64,000 bases of DNA from Vitrella brassicaformis CCMP3155. Its lineage: Eukaryota > Protista > Chromerida. Positions 26,903 through 38,023 of the stretch are shown piece after piece. The position numbers and the translations under genes are program-made. The stretch lies in contig CDMY01000770.1 of the NCBI GenBank assembly GCA_001179505.1, positions 124,001-188,000 on the forward strand, written 5' to 3'. Each line of letters begins with the position of its first letter. The stretch's first letter is position 1. A model generated the notes under the pieces. That model ran no database searches, was not told the DNA's origin, and saw only the letters and a program-made list of their open reading frames with translations.

Positions 26903-26988
26903 CCTGCACAGGCGCTGATAAACGATGACCTTCTGCTCTGGCTTCAAGTCGATGTGCTGAGTTGGTGCACAGATCGCGCGAACGCAGC

Positions 26989-27055
26989 CCAAAGAAGGGA
27001 TGTCAGAAGCGGTTTCAGGGAGCACCCTAGGCGGCCTGGCGGCCAAAGAAGGGAT
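26989..27055. mobile_element. Candidate short insertion: 41-bp core between 13-bp direct repeats, homologous to the element at 51259-51427
   Basis: CCAAAGAAGGGAT at 26989-27001 and 27043-27055. The segment 27004-27046 matches 51275-51317 at 40 of 43 positions. Confidence 0.5.
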
Positions 27056-27133
27056 CAGCTGCGAGCTTCAAGCCAGGCTTGCGAGAGAAGAAAGTGCAGA
27101 TCTGGCGATCTTGATGCTTTGGTGTGAAGAGAT

Positions 27134-29860
27134 ATGGGTGCCAAGACAAATGCAATCGTGGTACGTACGTGCCAAAGATTGCAAGAAGACAACAGATGAG
27201 ATGGCCTGCGCTCGCGCTTGTGTGCCTGTTGATCTCTGCCTGCAGGTGTGTGCGTTGGCTTACATGGCCTTTAATTTCTACAAACTGTGGCGAGAAGTGC
27301 AGCCACCCGTGTTGCAGGAGGGATCTGTGGCGAGCCATCCATTGTCCAACGAAATAAAGGTAGCTGTACCCACAACAAACAAACACGGACCGACAGACAC
27401 CCACGCGTGCGTGTATCTCTGTGGCTGCAGGAGGGCGAGAAGGTCACTTTGAGCTTCACCATCATCAGCACCAAGCGAGCGAAGCGGAAGGGCAAAGACG
27501 GCCAGCTGCAGCTCTACCCGCTCGGCAACCTGTCAGTGCCCTATCGGTGGAGCGGCTCGGACGCCCTCCCGAGGCTGAGCAATGAGAAGGAGGGACAGTG
27601 GTGGGTGCTCTTCAACCCGACGGCATTCCACCATTTCGAAGCCAAGCTACCGCACCAACTGAGGTCAGGATGGTGTCATCTGGGGGGGCTGGGGGGCTGA
27701 ACGATTGCCTGTGTGTGTGTGTGTGTGTTTATCCCTGCAGGCGGAATGCGACTCTCTACTTGCGAGTGGATGCGATCACACGTGGCTCATCTGTGCATCG
27801 CATCATCGAGACTGAGCTGACGCACCCGACCATACCAGGTAGGTCCTCGACAACAGATGATCCAACACACATCCAAGACAAAACCTATCGATATACATAC
27901 CTGCTGTGTGGTGCTCAGATTCGGTCAAGACACCGAAGCGCTATCTGCTGTTGGATCCGTGGGGCACTGAGCTGAAGAGGAAGCACCAGTGGATGAGGGA
28001 CTATCACATCGGGGGCGACGGCCACGCACCGCCACCTGTCCTGGGCATCCCCTCCTTCATTGAGGCAAGTGCAGGGGAGGTCACGGCCAGACAGCCACAT
28101 GGCGTCTGTGTCTGTCTCATCAGGTTGGTTTGGTGACGGAGCACCGTGTCCTTGATGGCATCATCCTGGCACACAAACTGCCGAGGGACTCCATCGACGG
28201 CCGCAGGAAGGTATGCAGCTCGACCGCCAAGCACAACAACACAAACTGAATGATTTTACCATGTGTGCAGACGTTCGGATTTCCCCCTCACGTGAACAAG
28301 TACCTGACGCCCCGCGACCAGTACACTCCCCTGGTGGCCTACGAGACCCTCTATAACATCACCAAGCAGGAGGACACGCAGAGTGGCGACGGCGACAGCG
28401 ACAAACAGGAGGAGCCCACACTCAAGATCAGATACAAACCGATAGGTACGTCACTCCCTCCCGCCACTCCGTCGGCCGGTCGCCTCAGTATGAGTGGTGT
28501 GTGTGTGTGTGTGATGTGGCGTAGGCATGGCGTTTTGGATGTTTCAGTTCTTCCTGGGGCACAGCTTTGAGTCGATGGAGAAGTGGGGCTTCAATGAGTA
28601 TGACATCGACTCGCTCAAAATGATGGTACGCAAGCGTTGCAACGAGCAGCACCACAAAAAGACAGACAGACAGACAGACCTTCTTGAGCTTTGTCGTGTC
28701 CATCGCTGGCAGATGACCGGCACGTCCCCCTGGCTGCTGTGCCTCACATACGCCGTCTCCGTTGCTCGTAAGCCATCCCTTCAGCCGCAGACACTGTCAG
28801 ACATAAACACACATGGCCTGCCTGTCTGTGTCTGTTTTTATCCATCAGACCTTATCCTGGAGATCCTCGCCATTGGGCACGGTACGCACCCACGGGGACA
28901 GAGCAAGTGATGACGCGCGAGTGGTGTTTGTCTCTTTGTCTGGGTCTGCAGACATCAGCTTTTGGCGTCGTGCGAGTGAGGACTCGATTGGCGGCATGTC
29001 GTCCAACAGCCTCCTCCTTGACATCATCAGTAGTGTCATCATACTGCTCTACCTGTGGGAGCAAAATGAGACCGCCATCATACGGGTGGGTCAGCCGGGC
29101 AGGACAAATCCGCTCCCACGATCTCGCTCTGCATGTGTGTGTGTGTGTCAGTATCTTGTGTTCGCGAGGACGGCGCTTGACGTGTGGAAGCTGAGCAAGC
29201 TGGTCAGTGGCTCCCAGCACATGACCCCTCTATGCCCATCCATCCCACACACACACACGTGCCCTCTGTCCTCCATTCTTGCAGGTGGACTTCACTCTCA
29301 AGGCGAGCTTCCCCTTTATCCACTTACGAAGGAAAGAGCTTACCAGGAGCAGCAGCAGCGGTGGCAAGGACGACGACACGAAGGGCGCCGCCGCCCGCGA
29401 GGCGGCCCTGGAGCGGTTCGAGAGCAAGTGTATGCGTGTGCTGGGCGGGGGCTGCCTGGTGCTGGTCATGCTGGTGGCCGCCTACCAGCTGGTGTACGAG
29501 AAGCAGAAGTCGTGGGTGTCCTGGGTGATTGAGAGCCTCGCCATGTGCGCCTACACGGGCGGGTTCGTGAGCATGACACCGCAGCTCTTCCGCAACTATC
29601 AGCTGCGGTCGGTGGAGCACCTGCCGCTGGTGGTCTTCTGCTACCGCTTCTGCAACACCATCATCGACGACCTCTTCTCGCTGCTGATCCGGATGCCCGA
29701 GATGCACCGGATGAGCGTGTTCCGCGACGATGTGGTGTTCGTGCTGCTGCTGTACCAGAGGTGGATATACAGGAAATCAAGACCGATGGACGACAAAGAT
29801 GCCGCGGCAGTGAGCACCAGGGAGTCGTCCGAGGCGGCCGACAAAGCCAAGAGAGAGTGA
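27134..29860 (+). CDS. CLPTM1: CLPTM1/CLPTM1L family multipass ER membrane protein
   Basis: C-terminal GGFVSMTPQLFRNYQLRSVEHLP..YRFCNTIIDDLFSLLIRMPEMHRMSVFRDDVVFVLLLYQRWIY, and upstream YDIDSLKMM..TSPWLLCLTYAVS and DISFWR, are family signatures. Confidence 0.92.
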
Positions 29861-30664
29861 TGTGGAGGCACTGGTGGACGGACAAGTGTCTGTGTGTGTG
29901 TCGTGTCGATATGGACGACTGTCTGGAGTGTCTGTTGTTGCGTGCTGCGCGTGCGTGAGCACGAGCTGATAATTAATTCGGTAATTCGACTCCTCCTACA
30001 AGCATGACATTTGGCAGCTTTGCCACTTGACAAGTTTGATTGACGGATGCATGGTCACGAATTGTCACCACATGAGCATGGAATCGTTTGTTCGTTCGTT
30101 CTTTGGACACACAAAACACACACCTCTCACGCAATCATGTCATGTGTCTCAAGGCATGCTCCAACCGACCAATGAGAACTTGGCATCGGGGGCGGGTTTC
30201 AGTCGTCCAAACACAAGACCACTAAACATCAGACAAGCATACTAGGAGCCAGTATGGGCAGAGCGGGATGTATGTGTGACCTCCCTGGCACATCGTGTGA
30301 CAGCCTTATGTGAAGATGCGTCCCGCACTTGCAGTGCATGACATCAAGCAAGAAGATGATGAATAAAAGAGACGGATACGGACACATCCACGCACACCCG
30401 GCAGGGCCGGGGTTAAAGGTTGAACTTAGAACACAGGGATCGGCTGCAAACCCCAATGTCAGATCGAGACACATCAAAAGAACCCGCCCAAGTCGGCACA
30501 CACATCCTTGCACGATGCACGTGCTCCTACGCCTGCCGAGTATCCTAATGGAGCTGCCAATTTGCCCACTTATTCCCCCCGCCCCCTCGACAGACAGCTC
30601 TCACTCACTCACGTCGATTGTGAAAGCATGATGTCGGCCACTCCGGCAAGTCCAATACGTACGC

Positions 30665-32892
30665 CTACGCCAGCGCCCCCTCATGCAGACCCTCCGCCCC
30701 CGACTCCACCCCCGTCCCCTCGCCCTTCTCGCTATCCTTCTTGCCTCCACGGCCACCCACACAACGGTCCCACCCACGGCCGCCGCCCCGGTGCACCACG
30801 GCTGCAGCAGCCGCAGCTGCTGCGAGCGGCTCGCCGTCGTCGTCGTCGAGTAGTATGTCGTCCTGGCTGCCGCTGGGCTTCTCGCCGACGACCGGGGCCT
30901 TGGGGTGGTGGGGGTGGTGTGTGGGGCCGCCGCCTCGGTCAAGTGCCGCTGCTGCTGCCGCTGCTGCTGCGCCAGACGGGTGTGGCATGGAACGCTCCAA
31001 CTCAGCCAACTTGGTCTCCAACTGACAGCACACGTACGACAGAGAGAGAAGGGAGGGACACATGGAATGGGTGGGGTGAGGTGTGTGGATGTGTCGATGG
31101 ATGGATGGGTGGGGCGGTCGCTAGGCTACAGCAAGGACCATAGCATGCCATGCATTCCTACCTCAGTATTCTTGTTCTGGGGGTCGGTGAGATCCTTCGC
31201 TTTGCCCCCGAGCTCACTGGCCGTGTTGTACTTGGCCTCCATGCTAACATACACCTGAACACATAAACACAAACAACACGTGGACCGACAGATTGCTCTG
31301 CGCAGCGCATGTGCGGAGGTGTGGGTGTGTGCGTGTGTGTGTGTCGTATTGCCCACTGACGTCGTCGGCGGCCTTCTTGTGGTCTTCTGCCGCCATGTTG
31401 TGCTGCTGGAGAGATTGCCTGTACTGCTGGGCCGTCCTCTGGTGCGTCTCGACGGCCTTGCGCAGGTCGGCAGCGGCACTCTCGACCTGGCGAAGACGCT
31501 CCTGCAACTGATGGACACACAAACACACACATACGTACACATTGATGGGTGGATTGATGAAAGGGGAGGGAGGGAGGGGGCAGCCTTGCCTCATGCCATG
31601 CCATACGCCATGCCCACCGCACGTAACTTAGTTAGTGACCTTGTGTGTGTCCTGGTCAGCTTTGGCCAGTGCGTCGCGGGCCGCCTGCAGCTCCCTCTCC
31701 ACTACGGCTACCTGCCCACACACAGACAGACACGCAGAGGTGGAGGGAGGGAGGGAGGGAGGGAGGGAAAGAGGCACAGAGAGGAGAGGCATCGATCAGA
31801 TGAAGCAGGTCGGTCGATCAGCATATGGGCATATGGGTCATCGATGCATTCACCCAAGTGTTCAAACGTTTACCTTGTCGGTGTCGCTGCGGGCCTTCTC
31901 CCTCACTCATGAGAGCTTCCGCTTCCTTGGCCTCTTCTAGGTCATCCCTCGCAGAAGCGGCTCCCGCATGTCGGCCAGTGTGGATGTCGCGTGCTGGCGG
32001 TGTTGTCTGGTCGCGTCCTGTCGGTGTTGTCTGGGGCGTCCGGGAAGGACAGCATCGCCAGCAGCAGAAAATGAACTCGCACACCACACACGTGCACGTG
32101 ATGACGAACTCCCACGTGCCGGGCCCGTAGACAGCGGCGGCGTCACCGAAGACCAGAGTGATGTCCCAAAGGACCTCTCCCATAGCATTCGAAATGGGCT
32201 CGCGAAGGGCGATGCAGAGCGAAAAGAGGACGGCGCCGATGATGCAGTTGACGAGCTTGAAGGGCCAGAAATAGCGTCTCTGCCGCCAGAAGGCTCGGGT
32301 CGGAAGGGTCTGAACGAAAAAGACAGGAGAGCATACGTTTGCTCATACACAGCAAAGGCAACACATACGCTTACATCTGTTTTACGTTTCTGTTTGCAGG
32401 TATCCAGGCAGGTGTCGTGGGCGTCTGTGGAGAACCTTCAGAGTGATCCGGGGCACGAGTAGAATCGGATGCAGATCCGCTTCGGCCAGCTGCAGACACT
32501 CACTCAGCAAGCGCACAATGATGTCGAGTCTGCAGGTGTGTCTGACCCGTTTTGTCACCTCCCTCACCTCCATCATCGCCTCATACGTCTCGGATGACAC
32601 CCGATGCGGACAGTCGTCACCTTCATAAACCAAGATGTCGTTGTCGCTTGTGCGATAACGACGGTAGAGGCCCTGCAGCTGCTGAAGCAGGTCATCTTTG
32701 TCAATGAACTCGACTGTCTTATGTCCGACGAAAAAAGGGCCGTTGGGCCTGTCGAGGGAAACACGAAGTTTCCTCTTCTCCTGGGATGAAGAAGGGGGGG
32801 GGGTACTGCTGCGGGACCGGACTGCATGGCTGTGGTGGCGACGCCATTCTCTCTATCTCTCTGTCAACTCTGACCTCTGTGAAAGCGATCAT
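30665..32892 (-). CDS. Uncharacterised protein with C-terminal coiled coil; middle exon model uncertain
   Basis: Exons MIAFTE / EKRKLRVSLDRPNG...YEAMME, ...DDLEEAKEAEAL, VERELQAARDALAKADQ, LQERLRQVESAAADLRKAVE..., VYVSMEAKYNTASE, LETKLAELERS...GALA*. The 31.9-32.3 kb exon can be read in two plausible frames. Confidence 0.55.
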
Positions 32893-33479
32893 TGGGGGCC
32901 GAAGTTTTGGGTTCAGAGAAGATGATGAAGTCGAATCCGTTTTCAATGTTGGCGAGGCGCCGCGAGGACTCTCATATGCTTGTTCGTCCCTCACTGTGCC
33001 TTTCAGCCTGAAATCTGAACCGGCGAGATTTTCGCGCGATGAGACGGGAGACGCCCCCAAGATTTTTCCGCTACACCTCTGCAGATTTTTCCACCTTCTT
33101 CTTCAAGTTGGCTTCTTCAGCCGTTTCTTTTTCTTTTCGGCTTGTTGTTGGCTTGTGCTGTCCGCCCCATCTCCCTCTACCCCTCCCAACTCGTCCGGAT
33201 GTCACCCGCCACTTTTTTCCTCCACCGCCGTGCCCTGCCTTCTGTGGAACGCCTGGCGACTGGCAGTGCCTGGCACCTGCCGAGAGCGCACCCACCTTTT
33301 TCTCGCATAATCCGCCTCCATCCGGTGAGCACATGGCCATGTGTCTTGGGCAGAGGTATGTATGCATTTCGACCATTCCATTGTGTCTGTGTATTCACAA
33401 GTCGGTCATGGCGCAGCATTTTCTGAGCGACAGGGCCCGCGTCATGTGAGCGAGTTGGCTCATTCGGCGTTCACTGCGC

Positions 33480-36400
33480 ATGGCGGGCATCCAGCATGCA
33501 GTGGCTGACCCGGGAGACGCGCTCCCGTCGGGACATTTCCTCTTCACTTCGTCACACCCGTTGGGCAAGGGCGGCTGCGGGACCGTCTGGGCCGTCAAGG
33601 ACGCCACCGACCCACACGGCCATGACGTGGCTCTCAAGACGATGCAGAAGCCCATCTTCGCGGACCTCAAGGACCCCGGCAGGAACGAGGTGGCCTTTAT
33701 GAGGTCACTCAGGGAAGACGCCGAGATGCGGGCAGTGACTCGAGGGGATTCGGTTGCCGACTGGCCGCAGCATTGGCATCCCAACGTGGTGAGGGTGTAC
33801 GATGTGTGTGACACCAACGGGGGGAGGTTTGGAGACATGTGGGCCAAGATGGAGCTGCTGCCGAGACCGACACACTAGTATCCATTTCAGACGAGAAGGT
33901 GAGGTGGATCCATCCCTGAAACCGAATGGCCGGCAAGAATGTGCGTGTGTGTGTCTCCTTTTCTGCAGGTGTCAGCGTTGGTCAATTTGCTATTCCATGC
34001 GAGGCAGGGCGACCAGATCAAGTAAGACAACAGCGTAAGTCGATATGCTGGTCTGTCGCTTGTGCATGTTCTCAGTCATTGGCTGACTTTTCTTTCTATC
34101 ATTCCATCAGATTTTTACAGAGACGCTGACGGCAATCGTGTTCCTAAGCTGCCATCGTCGCCACCCGGCCACGGACATCTCTCCATCGATCCTTGTTGTG
34201 TGTATTTTCCTTGTTGTCTGTCAGACCTGACTTTGTTGCAGCGCTGCAGCCCCTTCAAGGATGCGGTGTATCAAGCCGGTGTGCTGGTCGTCGAGAGCCA
34301 CCCGAGGAAACCCCTCTTTGAAGTGCCCGACGACTACCCGGGGCAGATCAACAAGAGCCAGTACATGCAGGAGGAGGCCGAGAGATACGGCGGCTTCATC
34401 GGTCTGCCGGGCCAGGGAGACATGCCGGGCATCGACAGCAGGGTGGGGCGAGGGAACGGGCTGGCGGTCCCGTACAGTGAGGCGCATCTGAAGACGAGCA
34501 TTCGCAAGGGGGTGGCTGGAACGTCCATGGACGAACAGGCCATCGCGTCCAAGTAAGTGAAGTACGGAACAGAAAAAGCACCTCTTAATTGCTCTGTCTG
34601 TGTCTCGCTTTGATTGTAGGTGTTTGTGTTATGCCCGGCAGCGTTGGACGGCAGCCCAGCTGCTATCGCATGCGTACTTCCAGGATCCCGCACTTGACAC
34701 GCTCAAGAACGGGGGTTCCCCATCAGTGAGCTCGCCGCCCCCACCCGGGCAAGGCCCTCTATCAACCCACCAGCATCTGTCTGTCTGTCTGTCTCTCTGC
34801 CTGTCTGTCTGTCTGTCTGTGTGTGGCTCCCTCCAGGTGTACCATCGCGATTTGACTGCCAAGAACGTCATGCTCACGTTCAGGGCGAGCAACAGCAAGG
34901 TGTGGCGCGTCAAGATCAACGACGTGAGGGAGTGGGCAGAGAACTGCCCGGACATCCGCGACTTGGGCCACTACGAGGGGCGGATGCTCACCGGCATCTC
35001 GTCGGGGATCCTGGACGTGCTGCCCGAAATGATCGTTGGCGGCCAAGACAACCCCACCTCGACGGCTTCAATTGCGCAAATCGAGTGCTTGGCAAAGTTG
35101 CAGGACTGGTTCGGTAAGTTAGTTAAGTGGCGGAGCGAGGGAGGGGAGGGAGGCAGAGAGGGAGGGAGGAAGCAGATGCCGTCCTGAGTGAGTGTATCTG
35201 TGTGGTGTGGTGTGGTGCGGTGTGGTGTGGCCGTTGTGTGTTGTCAGGTGAGTTTCTGCAGGACACGCAATATCACATCGGACCCCATCACCGCATCCCA
35301 CGCACAGCCGGTGCGCAGCACACACACGCACATACACACACGCACATACACGCACACACAGGTGCACACACCTGATGCTGCCTCGTTCTCTCAGATGGCC
35401 GTGCCGATGACAACGGCCAGCCCCGTCGCCAGCACCACGCCCACACCGATGACGAGCTCGACAGTGACCACATGGACCGCCACAACCGCCCGACCCGCCT
35501 CCGCCCCGACCGCCAAGACGACAGCTACGACGACCGACATGAAGACCGTGGCCCCGCGCATCGTCGGCCTCGCGATAGAGATAGCTACGACAGTTGCGTC
35601 GGCGGCGGGTGCGCAGTGCGCGAGAGGGTGGAGGAGGCGGACGGGCGCTTTGGTGCTGGTGTGGGTCGGCCCGGTGTGGGTGGCGAGCAGGGGTATGTAG
35701 AGAGGGAGAGGGAGAGGGAATTGCGGACTGTGCGCGGGGAGATCCAGCACAAGTACCACAACCAGCACGACCAGCATGGCGACCTCCTCGCACAGGTGCG
35801 GTGCGCATTCACAAACAGAGCCTTAAAGATAGAGCGAGAGGGAGGGAATAGTCGCCACGACATCAACGTGCGAGTCCCTTCTCTCTCTCTCTCTCTCTCT
35901 CTCTTTCTGTGTGTGTGTGTGTGCGTGTGTGTGTTCAGGCTTTGTCACGTCCAGCCAGGGACCCTCCCCGTGTGGCGGGCGGCACCTTCGCGCGTGCTCT
36001 TGGCGGCGTCCGGCAGCAGATGTTCCAGGCACACCCACGGCAGCAGCAGCGTCCGGGTCCCGTCCACGGCCAGCCCCCACACACACAATGGCCCTTCATA
36101 CTTCCCCCTCCGCCAGCGCGACCCAGCAGGATGGCCACCAACCAGCAGGTAGCCCCCCCCCCAACACACACACAGACACACACAGAAACACACGCCTCAC
36201 GCGCCTCACGTATGCTTTGGATGGATGAATGTGTGTGCAGGGCGGTGGCGGCGGCGGCTCGTCCCTGACCCACGGCTACGACGACAATCATGGTCAGCCG
36301 GCAAGACGTGTCCATGAAATTATCCTGTTTGTCTATACTCCACTGTATGTGCTTACTGCAGATGACGACAACCAGCCGCCATCGCATGCTGCCGCTTCCG

Positions 36401-36564
36401 CTGCTACTGCCGCAGCGCCCTTCATGCCCTCTAGCAACCTGGCGCCCGCCCCGGCGCCGACCGTGGCGCCCAACAGGAACAGGAACAATAACAATAACAA
36501 GAAGAAGAAGACAACACAGTGGCGGGCCAAGAGGGGCGGTGGGGCACAGACAGACGCCCCTTAG
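33480..36564 (+). CDS. Protein kinase-like gene: one N-lobe, a degenerate C-lobe, a second HRD-containing C-lobe fragment and a low-complexity tail
   Basis: GKGGCGTVW, DVALK, RNEV, HPNVVRVYDV; then degenerate TDISPSIL / LSDL / DAVYQAGVLVVE / RWTAAQLLSHAYF; then exon 34837-35113 VYHRDLTAKNVML...VKIND...GILDVLPEM. Internal splicing is uncertain. Confidence 0.6.
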
Positions 36565-36878
36565 GCTAAGGAGAGGTGGGAGGGTGGAGGGAGGGTAGGG
36601 AGAGAGGGTAGGGAGAGAGGGGAGCGAGAGAGGGGAGAGAGGGGAGGGAGAGAGGAGGGGTGTCTCCTGTGTCTCAGCGACAAGTCTTGTCGGCGGCAAG
36701 CGGCAATCGCTGCCTACATTTTATATCCGTGGTCTGTTGTCCCGGAGTGTGTGCTGCTTAGAGGAGCGTTGTGGAAGGCAGGCTGGCTGGCTGTGCTGCT
36801 CGTTTTCTTTGTCTCGTCTTGTTTTTGACGGCGATGGAAGGAGAGTGGGGGACAGATCAACGGAGAGACTGAATGCGA

Positions 36879-37606
36879 TTAAAAGACGTCGACCAACACA
36901 ACTGTCTGTTTGTGACGACAGAAGACGCTTCGGTCGATCGGGATGGTGGTGTCGTGGGGCGCCGTCACGCTCTTGTCGCCCCCCAGGCAGGTACCTGCCG
37001 CCACACCACACATGCCACACACATGAATCACACATTCTACTCGGAGCTGACCCGAGGTTGTACGCTATGACATCGACACTTGCTCCGTGACTCGTGGAAG
37101 AAGCGGACCCTGCACGGACAAATGGACAGCAGGGGCAACATACCATGCACACACGTGTCAAGAGCTCAGACCTGGCTGCAGGGGCATGGCGACTTACCCG
37201 CCTCTCTAAATGCTGTGGCAGTAACTCTTCGGCGAGGAGAGACCGGGTTGAATCAGAAACAAAACAGCACAGTGCAAACCGGCGATTTCGATGATGTGTG
37301 CCTCGTGCGTTCTCAGTCACCGATAGCTTCTCGCTGGTCGATGCAGATCAGCTCGGCCTCAGTCGCATCACCATCGTCAGAGGGGAGGTCCTGGATCAGC
37401 TTGCTGAGGAAGAGAGAGTCCTTGCCGTTGCCACACGTGGCGTCCACAGCCCTGCCGGCGCCCTAACTGACGACAGCATGCCAGAGATCCATCCATCCGT
37501 CCATCCGTCTGTCCATCGCTCGCTTTGTCCATTCTCGTCTGTAGGCTTACTGGGCGTCAACTTGGTTGAACACATTCGGGGGGGCAGCTGAGAGTGAAGG
37601 CGCCAT
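36879..37606 (-). pseudogene. Disrupted MnmM/YtqB-like (rRNA_methylase family) SAM-dependent methyltransferase
   Basis: AVDATCGNGKDSLFLSKL...LICIDQREAI, STRSLL, VRFFHES, SVDVIAYNLG-YLPGG(D)KSVT are family motifs. Frame breaks occur between HES and SVDV and at a G6 run (36979-36984). The C-terminal half is not recognisable. Confidence 0.7.
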
Positions 37607-38023
37607 GGTGAAGGCGCTTGTGAGTGGTGACAGGGATTCGATCTGTTAATTCAGCCGCACACATTCGTAGCACTCATATGCGGTAACAGAGGATTTGTCC
37701 CGGGCGCCGTGGCTGCACTCAAGAGGTTGCGGGATCGCGCCCTTTCTCAGGGTTAAACGGAAACAGAGACCCTAGAGCCTCAGAGAGGCAGGAGGGAGTG
37801 GAAGAGGGAGATCTGCTTGCCTGATCTCGTGAATCACCCGCCCATCTGTTGTCTGTTTTCGCCTGTCGGTTGCGCATCCTTCCTGCCGTCCCGTGAGTGA
37901 GTCTCGCGGCCAGATCTCTCTCTCCTGTCTGTCAGTGTGTCCTTTTCTCGCGGATCACTGTTCACAGACGCCCACACACACATACACGGTTGCTCTGGGC
38001 GTGTCCTTCGGTCCCTCACCCAA

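Noticed and set aside
31860-31930. Apparent frameshift before the coiled-coil exon of the 30665-32892 gene
   Set aside because: Alternative AG acceptors 4-10 nt downstream restore the frame, so no frameshift is needed.
32794-32803. G10 run as a slippage or frameshift site after an ATG
   Set aside because: On the minus strand it is the polypyrimidine tract of a normal GT-AG intron that joins MIAFTE to EKRKL in frame.
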